The notes under the pieces: generated by a model
What the model was told of the DNA's origin: nothing
The model's input: the letters and a program-made list of their open reading frames with translations, nothing else
Database searches by the model: none
Translations under genes and position numbers: made by a program
Assembly: GCA_963800325.1 (NCBI GenBank)
Contig: CAWDAQ010000002.1
Location: forward strand, 228,638-292,637
Source of the DNA: an uncultured Actinomycetota bacterium
GTDB lineage: Bacteria > Actinomycetota > Actinomycetes > Actinomycetales > Dermatophilaceae
Length of the DNA: 64,000 bases
Direction: 5' to 3'
Shown here: positions 26,332 through 37,827 of the stretch, one piece after another
How the letters are laid out: each line of letters starts with the position of its first letter
Numbering within the stretch: position 1 is the first letter of the stretch

Positions 26332-27717
26332 TCAGACGACCTCGGGGAGGTCGTTGCCGGCGTCGAGGATGCCCTTGCGGACGTCGACGCGGGCGAGCAG
26401 GAGCCCGCCGACGACGAAGAACACGATGAGCGCGATGATCGCCCACCGGTAGGAGTGGGTGAACTGGTGGACGAGGCCGAACGTCAGGGTGCCGAACCAG
26501 CTCGTGCCCCGCTCCATCGCCTGGTAGAGGCTGAAGAACTCCGCCTCCCGGCCGCGGGGGACGAGCTGGCTGTACAGCGAGCGGGAGAGGGCCTGGCTGC
26601 CGCCGAGGACGATCCCGATGACGGTCGCGAGCCCGAGGAACAGGCCGAACCGTCCGGAGGGGACGAGAAAGGCGATGACGACGACGACCGTCCAGAGCGC
26701 GAGCGAGAGCAGGACGCTGCGGTGGGCCCCGTACCGTCCGGCGAGGACCCCGAACAGCAGCGCACCGGCGAACGCGACGAACTGGACGAGCAGGATCGTC
26801 GCGATGAGCTGGGACTGGCCGAAGCCGAGCTCCTCGCTGCCGTATGTGCTCGAGGACGTGATGACCGTCTGGATGCCGTCGTTGAAGAACAGGTAGGCGA
26901 GCAGGAACAGCATCGTCTCGGGGAAGGCCCGCAGGGCCGAGAAGGTGTCCCGCAGCTGCCGCACCGACCCGCCGACGACACCGGCGTCCCGCGCGACGAC
27001 GGGACGCTCCACCCCCCGCAGGTTCCACAACCCGAGGACCGGGATGAGCGTGAAGACCGCCCACCACGCCCCGGCGGACAGCAGGCTGATGCGCACCGCC
27101 GTCCCGGTGCCGATCCCGAGCGCGCCGGGAGCGCTGACGAGCGCGAGGTTGAGCCCGAGCAGGATCCCGCCGCCGAGGTAGCCCAGCGCCCAGCCGCGGG
27201 AGGAGACCCGGTCCCGCTCGTCGGGCCCCGCGATGCGGCACAGGAGGGAGTCGTACACCACGAGCGAGGCGCCCAGGCTCAGGGTCGCGACGATCATCAG
27301 CGCGACGCCGAGCTGCCAGCGCGTGCCGGTGACGAAGAACATCGCCGCCGCGGCCGCCGAGCCGGCCCACGCGAACCCGCCCAGCAGGCGGCTCGGCCGG
27401 GGGGAGCGGTCGGCGACGGCGCCGACGAACACGAGGACGACGGCGGAGATGATCGTCGCCGCCGTCGCGGTGTAGAAGAACAGCGACCCGGGGTCGACGG
27501 GCACGCCGAGCAGGTCGAGCGTGGCGTGGCACGTCGCGCCGTCGGCGAGCCCGGGGCAGGCGGCGTCCTTCGCGACGGCGGTCAGGTACGGGCCGAGCAG
27601 GACGGTCGCGGTCGTCGTGACGTAGGCCGAGTTCGCCCAGTCGTACCAGTACCACGCCCGCTGGTGGCGCGTGCCGGGGGAGGCGGCGCGCGGGGAGCCG
27701 GTGACCTCGCTCGTCAT
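26332..27717 (-). CDS. MFS transporter (UMF1/Atg22-like family)
   Basis: 461-aa polytopic membrane protein with an N-terminal WYWYDWANSAY motif. Confidence 0.8.
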   Translation of the reverse strand: MTSEVTGSPRAASPGTRHQRAWYWYDWANSAYVTTTATVLLGPYLTAVAKDAACPGLADGATCHATLDLLGVPVDPGSLFFYTATAATIISAVVLVFVGAVADRSPRPSRLLGGFAWAGSAAAAAMFFVTGTRWQLGVALMIVATLSLGASLVVYDSLLCRIAGPDERDRVSSRGWALGYLGGGILLGLNLALVSAPGALGIGTGTAVRISLLSAGAWWAVFTLIPVLGLWNLRGVERPVVARDAGVVGGSVRQLRDTFSALRAFPETMLFLLAYLFFNDGIQTVITSSSTYGSEELGFGQSQLIATILLVQFVAFAGALLFGVLAGRYGAHRSVLLSLALWTVVVVIAFLVPSGRFGLFLGLATVIGIVLGGSQALSRSLYSQLVPRGREAEFFSLYQAMERGTSWFGTLTFGLVHQFTHSYRWAIIALIVFFVVGGLLLARVDVRKGILDAGNDLPEVV

Positions 27718-27774
27718 GCCGGGAAGCCTGTCACACCCGGAGCCGGCCGGCCCTCGACGCGCCCCCGGCCGCGC

Positions 27775-29418
27775 TCAGCCGGCGTACTGCCAGTGCCACG
27801 GCTCGGGGAGGGAGCCGCCGGCGGCGGCCCACGCCGGTAGGTACCAGCCGAAGCGGGCGGCGTTCTCGACGAGCCACAGGTGGGCGGGAGCGCCGTAGTC
27901 CTCGACGCCACCGCAGAGGTCGACGGCGCGGCCGAAGCCGTGCTGGCTGGTTCCCGGAGTGGCGGCCCACTTGCCCTTCTGGGCCTTGAGGGTCACCTGC
28001 TCGGGGTAGGAGCGGTAGCCGTCGACGACGCAGAGCAGGTGGCCGGTGGCCTCGGCGTAGGCGGCCGACATCGCGTTGAACGCAGCGGCCGGGCCGGGGC
28101 GCAGCACCTCGTCCGGCGAGCCGACGAGCGGGCAGAGCGCGCTCGGGGGGACCGCGCCGTTGGGGTACTCCTCGTCGCGGTTCGAGCACGGGCGGACCCC
28201 CAGCCCGGCGACCCCGGGCGGGGTCCAGGTGCCGACGCCCGAGCCCGGGGAGCCCGTGCCGTCCAGCCCGGAGACGTCGACCCCGGCCTCGGCGAGCGCG
28301 TCGCGGAGGCTGCCGCGCGCGTCCGCGGCGGTGGGGGAGGCGATGCCGAACAGGGTCATCGCGACCGGTCCCGCCTTGGCGATCGTCGCCGCCTGGTCGG
28401 CCCGGATCCCGGCGAGCACGCTCTGCTGTTCGGCGGTGGCCTCGTTCGCCCGGGCCTGGGCGGCCTCGGCGTCGCGAGCGGCCTGCTTCGCCGCGGACTC
28501 GGCCTTCTCGGCCCTGGCGGTCGCGCTGCGCTGCTCGGCGGCGAGCGCGCGGACCCGCTCGACGGTTCGCAGCCGCTGGTCGGTGACGTACCCGAGGTCA
28601 CCGAGCGGGTTGCCGGCCTTCTCGGGGCTGCTCGCGAGCGAGTCGAGCGCCCCGAGGGCCTCGGCGTAGTCCCCGCCCTGGGTGTAGACCTCGAACGCCC
28701 ACGTCCGCATCTGCTCGTGGGCGGCCCGCAGCCGGGCGCGGACCGAGGCGGAGCGGTCCCGCGCCTCCTGCGCGGCGGCGTGGGCCGCCCGCTCCGCTGC
28801 ACGGGCCTCGCCGAGCAGCTGGAGCTGGGTGTTGGCGCGGTCGGCGAGCTCGTGGAGGGTCTGCATCGCCGCGGCGAGCTCGGCGTCGGAGCGCGCGAGC
28901 CGGGCGCGGAGCCTGTCGGCCTGCGCGACCTGCGCGGCGACCTGGTCCTTGGAGAGCCCCTCGTCCCCGGCGGCGTCCGGCGCGGGCGTCGAGACAGAAG
29001 TCGAGCCAGGAGTCGAGCCAGGAGTCGAGCCCGGAGTCTGGCCAGGTGTCGAGCCGGGTGTGGCGGCCGGTGACGTGCCGGGCCCCTTCGCGGGTGCCTT
29101 CGCCGGCGTCGTTGACCTCGTGGCCCTGGCGGCGCCGCCCACGACGTGGCTCCCCGAGGAGGTGGGGACCGGTGAGGAGCCCGGCGCGCGCCCGGCCCCG
29201 GACCGCGCCGAAGGAGGGGTGGGCGCGGCCGTCGAGGCGGGGACCGGCTCGCGCTCGGTGGCGGCGGCGGGGCCGGCGAGGCCCACGACGACTCCCGCGG
29301 CACAGCCGGCGCCGACCAGGGCCCCGAGCACCGTGCCTGCCCGGGCCCGACGCGGCCCCCCACCTGATGTCACCTGGTCGCCCCCCGGCCTCGCAGCCCG
29401 CATGTTTCGTGCAGTCAC
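27775..29418 (-). CDS. Secreted M15-family D,D-carboxypeptidase/VanY-like peptidase with a coiled-coil region
   Basis: The order is an N-terminal membrane anchor, a (TPGS)n low-complexity linker, a long Ala/Glu/Arg/Gln coiled-coil-like region and a C-terminal M15 domain (GYRSYPEQ...SQHGFGRAVDL...EPWHW). Confidence 0.8.
   Translation of the reverse strand: MTARNMRAARPGGDQVTSGGGPRRARAGTVLGALVGAGCAAGVVVGLAGPAAATEREPVPASTAAPTPPSARSGAGRAPGSSPVPTSSGSHVVGGAARATRSTTPAKAPAKGPGTSPAATPGSTPGQTPGSTPGSTPGSTSVSTPAPDAAGDEGLSKDQVAAQVAQADRLRARLARSDAELAAAMQTLHELADRANTQLQLLGEARAAERAAHAAAQEARDRSASVRARLRAAHEQMRTWAFEVYTQGGDYAEALGALDSLASSPEKAGNPLGDLGYVTDQRLRTVERVRALAAEQRSATARAEKAESAAKQAARDAEAAQARANEATAEQQSVLAGIRADQAATIAKAGPVAMTLFGIASPTAADARGSLRDALAEAGVDVSGLDGTGSPGSGVGTWTPPGVAGLGVRPCSNRDEEYPNGAVPPSALCPLVGSPDEVLRPGPAAAFNAMSAAYAEATGHLLCVVDGYRSYPEQVTLKAQKGKWAATPGTSQHGFGRAVDLCGGVEDYGAPAHLWLVENAARFGWYLPAWAAAGGSLPEPWHWQYAG
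28999..29070. repeat. Imperfect 12-bp coding tandem repeat (about 6 units) encoding a (T/S)PG(S/Q) linker
   Basis: AGTCGAGCCAGG-like units lie inside the M15 peptidase gene. The unit is a multiple of 3. Confidence 0.7.
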
Positions 29419-29473
29419 CCTAGACGGAGTGCCGGGGTGGCCGCTGGATACCGGCCCAATCGGCCTCCGGTCG

Positions 29474-29501
29474 TGGGACCGTAGTGCTTCAGGCCTAAAA
29501 T
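29474..29501 (+). promoter_or_regulatory. marR promoter TGGGAC-N16-TAAAAT (leaderless)
   Basis: TAAAAT (29496-29501) ends 6 nt before ATG 29508. Confidence 0.45.
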
Positions 29502-29507
29502 GCCGGG

Positions 29508-30017
29508 ATGGCTGGTCGGGAACCGGGCCGTGGGGGAGCGGCCCACGCAGCGGGGGAACGGTCCGTGGAGCACACCGAGATCCTCGAGGGGACCGCCGAG
29601 TCGGTGACCCGTCTGGCCGAGCGGGTCGAGAGCGCGCGCGCCTCGGCGCTGCGCGAGCTCGACCTCGACGCGCCCTCGCACGACGTGCTCAGCGCACTGC
29701 GCCGGCCCGGCCACGACGGCACGCCCGACGACGTCGGCCTGACCGCCGGGGACCTGGCCCGCGCGTGCGGCGTCACCCCCGGCGCGGTGAGCCAGCGCCT
29801 CACCCGCCTCGAGCAGAACGGCCTCGTCGAGCGGATCCGGGACGACGCCGACCGCCGGACGGTGCGCGTCGTCCCGACCGAGCGGGGCCGCCGCCTCGGC
29901 GAGCGCGCCGACGCCGCGCTCGCCGAGGCCGAGGCCGGGCTGCTCGGCGCCCTGACCCCGGTCGAGGCCGAGACGGTCACCGGGATCATCGAGAGCGTCC
30001 TCGACGGGAGGGGCTGA
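29508..30017 (+). CDS. MarR-family transcriptional regulator
   Basis: 169 aa with a winged-helix block (LTAGDLARACGVTPGAVSQRLTRLEQNGLVERIRDDADRRTVRV). Confidence 0.85.
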   Translation: MAGREPGRGGAAHAAGERSVEHTEILEGTAESVTRLAERVESARASALRELDLDAPSHDVLSALRRPGHDGTPDDVGLTAGDLARACGVTPGAVSQRLTRLEQNGLVERIRDDADRRTVRVVPTERGRRLGERADAALAEAEAGLLGALTPVEAETVTGIIESVLDGRG

Positions 30018-30021
30018 GCCC

Positions 30022-32403
<2,382 letters not shown>

Positions 32404-32437
32404 CCCCCGCTCGGCCGCCCACGCGCCTCGCGGGGCG

Positions 32438-32863
32438 CTACCGCCACGCCCCGGCGAGCTCGGCGCCGTCGAGGACGGTCGTGTGCCGGGGGAAGGTCCG
32501 ACCGGTGAGGAAGTCGTGGACCTCGGTGTCGGGGTCGGCGCAGCAGTCCCGGAGGACGAGGATCCGGTAGTCGCGGTCCATCGCCTCGCGCACCGTGCTG
32601 AGGACGACGCCGCTCGTGCTGATCCCCGCGAGGACGGGCGTGGTGACGCCGCGCTCGCGCAGCATCCGGTCGAGGTCGGTCGTGGCGAAGGCGCCGACCC
32701 GGACCCAGCCGACGTGCCCGCCACGGGCCCGGACGTCGGCGACGGTCGCCCCGACGCGCCCCAGCAGCGGGTCCGGGTCGGGGAGGCGGCCGACGATGCC
32801 GTTCTGGAAGTCCATGACGAGCAGCGCGGTGGACGTGGGGTCGAGGTCGGGGTGGTCAGCCAT
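32438..32863 (-). CDS. Degenerate isochorismatase-family (cysteine hydrolase-like) protein with an internal deletion
   Basis: The family start (LLVMDFQNG) and end (LAGISTSGVVLST...DCCAD) are present. About 40 aa covering the catalytic Lys region are missing, and the nucleophile position reads Val. Start is at ATG 32863 or GTG 32884. Confidence 0.55.
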   Translation of the reverse strand: MADHPDLDPTSTALLVMDFQNGIVGRLPDPDPLLGRVGATVADVRARGGHVGWVRVGAFATTDLDRMLRERGVTTPVLAGISTSGVVLSTVREAMDRDYRILVLRDCCADPDTEVHDFLTGRTFPRHTTVLDGAELAGAWR

Positions 32864-32912
32864 CGCCCGCCAATCTAGCCTCACGGGTAGACGAGGTCAC
32901 AGGAGGCCACCC

Positions 32913-33428
32913 ATGATCCTCCCGGAGGTCCGGGACCCGCGCCTGGTGACGATCCGCCGCGGCGGCACCCTCACCGACGCCGACCACCACCTGCTCGCGC
33001 TGTGGGCGGCGGCGTGCGCGGAGCACGTGCTCGACCTCTTCGAGGCCGCCCGGCCGGAGGACCCGCGCCCGCGCCGGGCCGTCGAGCACGCCCGGGCCTG
33101 GGCGCGCGGCGGGGTGACCATGACCGAGTCCCGGGCCGCGGGCGGGCACGCGATGGGCGCGGCCCGGGACCTGCGGGGCGCGGCCCGGCACGCGGCCTAC
33201 GCCGCCGGGCAGGCCGCCGCGGTCGCGCACGTGCCCGAGCACGACCTCGGTGCGGCCGCATACGCCGTCAAGGCCGTCCGCGCCGCCGTCCCGGCCGAGG
33301 AGGCCGACGACGCGGGACGGCGCGAGTGCCGTTGGCAGCGCGCGCAGCTTCCGGACGCGGTCCGCGAGCTCGTGCTCGAGGACCAACGACGCCGCAACGA
33401 CATCTGCTGGTCGGTGTTCGACGTCTGA
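32913..33428 (+). CDS. Helical repeat protein resembling the Imm-5-like putative immunity family; function unknown
   Basis: An AGGAGG SD lies 6 nt before ATG 32913. The product is Ala-rich and helical (AAACAEHVLDLFEAARPEDPRPRRAVEHARAWARG...AAYAAGQAAAVAHV...AAAYAVKAV). Confidence 0.5.
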   Translation: MILPEVRDPRLVTIRRGGTLTDADHHLLALWAAACAEHVLDLFEAARPEDPRPRRAVEHARAWARGGVTMTESRAAGGHAMGAARDLRGAARHAAYAAGQAAAVAHVPEHDLGAAAYAVKAVRAAVPAEEADDAGRRECRWQRAQLPDAVRELVLEDQRRRNDICWSVFDV

Positions 33429-33519
33429 ACAAGAACGCCGATAAGCGACATTATGTCAAGTAGACCTCGTCCGTCCCGGGAGAGGGCCCGCTCATCCCTG
33501 CCCCGCCGGGTTGTCCTGA

Positions 33520-34098
33520 TCAGACGCCGTCGTCCCCCGCCGCGGGCGCGGAGAAGGTGACGTCGGCGGCCTCGGCGACCGCCGCGGTGCGTCCCGGCGC
33601 GGACTGGAAGGTCCAGTACAGGTTCGTGTGGGCGATGACGCCGGCGGGCGGCGGCGCCCCCCAGGCGCTGTTGTCGTTCGTCGTGTGCGCGTCGCCGACG
33701 AGGGTGACGTCGTAGCCGCGGGTGAAGGCGCCGTGGATCGTCGAGCGGATGCACGCGTCGGTCTCGGCCCCCGCGACGACGAGCCGCCCGACCCCCGCGG
33801 CCGCGAGCACGTCCTCGAGGTCGGTGCCCTCGAAGGAGTCACCGAAGCGCTTGTGGACCAGTGGCTCGTCCTGCCCCGGGACGAGCTCGGGCACGTACTG
33901 CCACTCCTCGCTCCCCCGGGCCAGGCCCTCGTCGGAGTGCTGCACCCACACCACGGGCGTCCCGGACCCGCGGGCCCGGTCGACGAGCCCCGCGATCGCC
34001 GCGACGACCTCGTCGCGGCGGTGGGCCTCGGCGACGACGCCGTTCTGGACGTCGACGACGACGAGCGCGGTGGCGGTGCGGTCGGGCAGCGTCGTCAT
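33520..34098 (-). CDS. Isochorismatase-family cysteine hydrolase (intact)
   Basis: The Asp (VVVDVQNG), Lys (LVHKRFGDSF) and Cys (AGAETDACIRST) catalytic positions are all present. The SD is GGAGGAG. Confidence 0.85.
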   Translation of the reverse strand: MTTLPDRTATALVVVDVQNGVVAEAHRRDEVVAAIAGLVDRARGSGTPVVWVQHSDEGLARGSEEWQYVPELVPGQDEPLVHKRFGDSFEGTDLEDVLAAAGVGRLVVAGAETDACIRSTIHGAFTRGYDVTLVGDAHTTNDNSAWGAPPPAGVIAHTNLYWTFQSAPGRTAAVAEAADVTFSAPAAGDDGV

Positions 34099-34117
34099 CG
34101 AGGTCTCCTCCGGCGGG

Positions 34118-35209
34118 TCAGGTGGCGTGGACGGTGATGCGGGGCCAGGAGTGGTTGACGTACCCCTTCGGGTTCCACAACGGCTCCGGGCGCTCGGGCT
34201 GCAGCGTCGCGGCGGAGTCCCAGGCCCGCGCGAGGATCTCGTGGGTCCCGGCGGCGACCTCGACGTCGCACTCCCAGAGCCGCCACAGCCCGGGGCCGCC
34301 GTCCGCGGCCAGCCGGGCGGCGTGCCAGCTCGCGCCGCCGTCGGCGGAGACGTCGACGCGGGCGACCGAGCGGTCCCGCCCGGTGAGGGCGTACCCGCGG
34401 ACCGTGAGCGGCCCCGCGGTCACCTCCGCCCCGTCCTGCGGGTCGAGCACGGCCGAGCCCACCCCGACCGGGCCGAGCGGGAGCCCGTCACCGGGACCGG
34501 CGCTGTCCGGGTCGGCGTCGGCGGGCAGGAGGCGGTAGGACCGGGCCTGGAAGAAGCCGTCGCACGGCTCCGCCCGGACGCCGACCCGGCGTACCCACTT
34601 CACGCTCCGCGCGCCGACGTAGCCGGGGACGACGACCCGCACCGGGGCGCCGTGCACCGCCGGCAGGGCCTCGTCGTTCATCGCCCAGGCGAGCAGGACG
34701 TCACCGGCGCGGGCGACCTCCAGCGGGACCGAGCCGGCGTAGGCCTGGGGCGGGTCGGCGAGGTCGGAGACGTCGGGGGCCTCGAGGACGACGTGCCGGG
34801 CGCCGTCGGCGACGCCGGCCCGGTCCAGCACGTCACCCAGCCGCACCCCGGTCCACCGGGCCGTCGACGTCGCCCCCGGGCCCCAGAGGTCCTCCCCGGG
34901 GACGTCCCGGACCGCGGCGAGTCCGGCCCGCCGGTTGCCGGCGCACTGCAGGGTCGCGGTGACGGTGACGACGTCGAAGCGCTCGCGCAGGTCGGTCAGG
35001 CCGAGCCGGAGCGCGGTGTCGACGAGGCCGTCGACGTCGAGCGCCCACGTCGCCGGGTCGACCTCCGGCACCGGACCGTGGTTGCGGACGTAGAACGCCT
35101 CGACCGGGGTCACGGCCGCCTCGGCGAGGACGGCCGGTGGCGGCTCCGCGTTGTAGGGGTCGCGCTCGTGGACGACCATGTCCGCCCGCTTGCCCCACGG
35201 CACGCTCAC
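34118..35209 (-). CDS. Molybdopterin-dependent oxidoreductase (sulfite oxidase-like), no signal peptide seen
   Basis: The Mo-ligand block TLQCAGNRR is followed by a C-terminal dimerisation-like domain. GTG 35209 overlaps the upstream stop as GTGA (alternative ATG at 35179). Confidence 0.8.
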   Translation of the reverse strand: MSVPWGKRADMVVHERDPYNAEPPPAVLAEAAVTPVEAFYVRNHGPVPEVDPATWALDVDGLVDTALRLGLTDLRERFDVVTVTATLQCAGNRRAGLAAVRDVPGEDLWGPGATSTARWTGVRLGDVLDRAGVADGARHVVLEAPDVSDLADPPQAYAGSVPLEVARAGDVLLAWAMNDEALPAVHGAPVRVVVPGYVGARSVKWVRRVGVRAEPCDGFFQARSYRLLPADADPDSAGPGDGLPLGPVGVGSAVLDPQDGAEVTAGPLTVRGYALTGRDRSVARVDVSADGGASWHAARLAADGGPGLWRLWECDVEVAAGTHEILARAWDSAATLQPERPEPLWNPKGYVNHSWPRITVHAT

Positions 35210-35673
35210 GACGGCCCCCGGCTCCCCCGACGGCCCGGCGCCGGCAGGCCGTCCCCCCCGCCGAGGCGCCGGGCGACGAGCAGGGCCGCGGTCGCGGTGA
35301 CGGCCGTGAGCGCGGCCCCCCACGCGAGGTCGACCGGGACCAGGCCGGCGGGGAAGCCGTCGATGACCGCGAGGTTCGTCAGGTCCCAGGTCGCGTAGGC
35401 GACGAGCCCCAGGACCGCGCCGTCGAGCGCGACCCGGCGGCGGCCGGTGCCGGCACGCAGCGCGGGCCGGACGACGAGGTGGACCACGCCGGCGACGTAG
35501 AGCACGTAGAACAGGACCGCCGGAACGGGCCGCACGGGGTCGGCGACGAGCGCGCCGAGCTCCTCCCGGTACAGCGGCCCCGCCACGAGCCCGAGCCAGA
35601 CGAGGTCGCAGGCGAGGAGGACCGCGAGCCCCGTGCAGTAGCCCACCGCGAGCGCCCGAGTGTTCGTTCCCAC
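35206..35673 (-). CDS. DUF2177-like integral membrane protein
   Basis: 155 aa with four hydrophobic segments (GPLYREELG...FYVLYVAGV...ATWDLTN). Confidence 0.65.
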   Translation of the reverse strand: MGTNTRALAVGYCTGLAVLLACDLVWLGLVAGPLYREELGALVADPVRPVPAVLFYVLYVAGVVHLVVRPALRAGTGRRRVALDGAVLGLVAYATWDLTNLAVIDGFPAGLVPVDLAWGAALTAVTATAALLVARRLGGGDGLPAPGRRGSRGPS

Positions 35674-35680
35674 GCGTCCG

Positions 35681-35686
35681 AGCCTA
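35681..35686 (-). promoter_or_regulatory. -10 box TAGGCT for the leaderless DUF2177 operon
   Basis: It ends 7 nt before GTG 35673. Confidence 0.4.
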
Positions 35687-35711
35687 GGCCTTCGGTCCGA
35701 CAGGCGCCCCG

Positions 35712-35717
35712 TACGGT
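35712..35717 (+). promoter_or_regulatory. -10 box TACGGT for the leaderless DUF1028 gene
   Basis: It ends 6 nt before ATG 35724. Confidence 0.4.
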
Positions 35718-35723
35718 GACCCC

Positions 35724-36554
35724 ATGACCTTCTCCGTCGTCGGCCAGGACGGGGACGCCTTCGGCGTCGCCGTCGCCAGCAGGTTCCTCGCCGTCGGCGC
35801 GGTGGTCCCCGCGGCGGAGGCCGGGGTCGGCGCGGTCGCCACCCAGGCGATGGCCCGGGTCGCGTCCCGGCGGGAGGTGCTCGACCTGCTCCGGGCCGGG
35901 GACCCGGCCGACGAGGCGGTCGCCGAGGTCACCGGCGCGGACCCGGACCGGGCGGTGCGCCAGCTCGGCGTCGTCGGCGCGGCCTCGCAGTCGACGTGGA
36001 CCGGCTCGGCCTGCCTCGCCTGGGCCGGCGGCCGCTCGGGCCGGGACGAGCGTGGAGGCTACGCCATCCAGGGCAACATCCTCACCGGCGAGGAGGTGGT
36101 CGTGGCGATGGAGCGGGCGTGGGTCGCCTCGGCCGGGGAGCCGCTCCCCCGTCGCCTGGTCACCTCGCTCCTCGCCGGGGACGCGGCCGGCGGCGACTCC
36201 CGCGGGCGACAGGCCGCCGCCCTCTACGCCGCGGCCCCCGGAGCGGGCTACGACGCCAGCGGGGTCCTCGCCGACCTCCGCGTCGACGACGCCCCGAACG
36301 CCCCCACGGCGCTCGCCCGCCTGCTCGACGAGCACGAGCTCGTCCACGGCGGACCCGAGGAGGTCCTCGCGCTCACCGGGGACCTCGCCGCCGAGGTCGG
36401 CCGCCGGCTGGAGTCGATCGGGTACGCCGACGAGGCCGAGGACCCCTCCGGGGCGCTCGCGGCCTGGGCGTCGGTGCGCAACGTCGAGATGCGCATCGTC
36501 CCGGGGGGCATCGACACCCGCGTGCTCGCCACCCTCCGGGCCGAGGCCCCGTAG
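35724..36554 (+). CDS. DUF1028 (Ntn-hydrolase-like) protein with a C-terminal peptidoglycan-binding-like module
   Basis: N-terminus is MTFSVVGQDGDAFGVAVASRFLAVGAVVP. An RGRQAAAL block is also present. Confidence 0.75.
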   Translation: MTFSVVGQDGDAFGVAVASRFLAVGAVVPAAEAGVGAVATQAMARVASRREVLDLLRAGDPADEAVAEVTGADPDRAVRQLGVVGAASQSTWTGSACLAWAGGRSGRDERGGYAIQGNILTGEEVVVAMERAWVASAGEPLPRRLVTSLLAGDAAGGDSRGRQAAALYAAAPGAGYDASGVLADLRVDDAPNAPTALARLLDEHELVHGGPEEVLALTGDLAAEVGRRLESIGYADEAEDPSGALAAWASVRNVEMRIVPGGIDTRVLATLRAEAP

Positions 36555-36563
36555 GCGGCGGGC

Positions 36564-37418
36564 GTGTCCGCGGCGCCCCGTCCGGGCCGCTACCTCGTCG
36601 GCGTGTCCGGGTGGCGGTACGACTCGTGGCGCGGGGACTTCTACCCCGCGGGTCTCCCCCGGCGCCGCGAGCTGGCCCACCTCGCCGACCGGACGACCGC
36701 GGTCGAGGTCAACGGCTCGTTCTACTCGCTGCTGCGTCCGTCGTGGTACGCCGCCCGCCGCGACGAGACCCCGGCCGACTTCCGCGTCGCCGTCAAGGGC
36801 AGCCGGTTCATCACCCACATGAAGCGGCTCGCCGGCGTCGAGGTGCCCCTGGCGAACTTCTTCGCCTCCGGACCGCTCGAGCTCGGCGACAAGCTCGGCC
36901 CCGTCCTGTGGCAGCTGCCCGAGCGGACGGCGTTCGACGCCCGGCGGCTCGGCGACTTCCTCGACCTGCTCCCCACGACGACCGGGGAGGCGGCCCGGCT
37001 CGCGGCCGGGCACGACGCGCGGGTGAAGGAGCCGTCGACGTCCGCCCCGGTGGACGCGCCGATCCGGCACGCGCTCGAGCCCCGGCACGACAGCTTCGCC
37101 GCCCCCGAGGCCCTCGCGCTGCTCCGGGAGCACGGGGTGGCCCTCGTCGCCTCGGACGGCGCCGGCCGGTGGCCGACGTTCGACGAGGACACCGGACCGC
37201 TGCGCTACGTCCGCCTCCACGGCCACACCCGGCTGTACGCCAGCGGGTACTCCTCCGTCTCCCTCGACCGGTGGGCCTCCCGGTGTCGGGAGTGGGCCGC
37301 GGCCGGGCAGGACGTCCACGTCTACTTCGACAACGACGCCGAGGGGCGCGCGCCGCACGACGCGGTCGCCCTGCTCCGGCGTCTTCCCGGGGCGTTCTCC
37401 TCGCGCGTGGGCCGGTGA
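36564..37418 (+). CDS. DUF72-family protein
   Basis: 284 aa with GWRYDSWRGDFYP, VEVNGSFY and VYFDND blocks. Confidence 0.8.
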   Translation: MSAAPRPGRYLVGVSGWRYDSWRGDFYPAGLPRRRELAHLADRTTAVEVNGSFYSLLRPSWYAARRDETPADFRVAVKGSRFITHMKRLAGVEVPLANFFASGPLELGDKLGPVLWQLPERTAFDARRLGDFLDLLPTTTGEAARLAAGHDARVKEPSTSAPVDAPIRHALEPRHDSFAAPEALALLREHGVALVASDGAGRWPTFDEDTGPLRYVRLHGHTRLYASGYSSVSLDRWASRCREWAAAGQDVHVYFDNDAEGRAPHDAVALLRRLPGAFSSRVGR

Positions 37419-37423
37419 GCATC

Positions 37424-37429
37424 TACGGT
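37424..37429 (+). promoter_or_regulatory. -10 box TACGGT for the leaderless SnoaL-like gene
   Basis: It ends 6 nt before ATG 37436. Confidence 0.4.
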
Positions 37430-37435
37430 TCTCGG

Positions 37436-37789
37436 ATGGGGCTGATCGACGAGCTGCTCGACATCGACCGCCGGCTCGCCTCCGGGACCGGGCGCGACTA
37501 CGCCGTGGTGCTGCACGACCACGCCGTCGTCGTCGTCCCCGGCGCGGTGCTCGACCGGGACGGCTGCGTCGCCGCGATGGACTCCTCCCCCGGGTGGGAC
37601 GAGGCCGACCTGCGCGACGCCCGGATCCTGGAGGACGGCGACGGCGCCACCCTCGTCTACACCTTCGAGGGGCGCCGCGGCGAGGACACCTACCTCGCGA
37701 CGCTCACCAGCCGGTACCTCCACACCGACGAGGGCTGGAAGCTCCTGCTCCACCAGCACACGCCGCATCCGGACGCCTCCCCGGGCTGA
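37436..37789 (+). CDS. NTF2/SnoaL-like (DUF4440-like) small protein
   Basis: 117 aa ending in ...LATLTSRYLHTDEGWKLLLHQHTP, which is typical of NTF2-like folds. Confidence 0.55.
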   Translation: MGLIDELLDIDRRLASGTGRDYAVVLHDHAVVVVPGAVLDRDGCVAAMDSSPGWDEADLRDARILEDGDGATLVYTFEGRRGEDTYLATLTSRYLHTDEGWKLLLHQHTPHPDASPG

Positions 37790-37814
37790 CCGAGCCCCCG
37801 CCGTCGCGACCGTC

Positions 37815-37820
37815 TAGCGT
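37815..37820 (+). promoter_or_regulatory. -10 box TAGCGT for the leaderless aldo/keto reductase gene
   Basis: It ends 7 nt before ATG 37828. Confidence 0.4.
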
Positions 37821-37827
37821 GGTCGCC

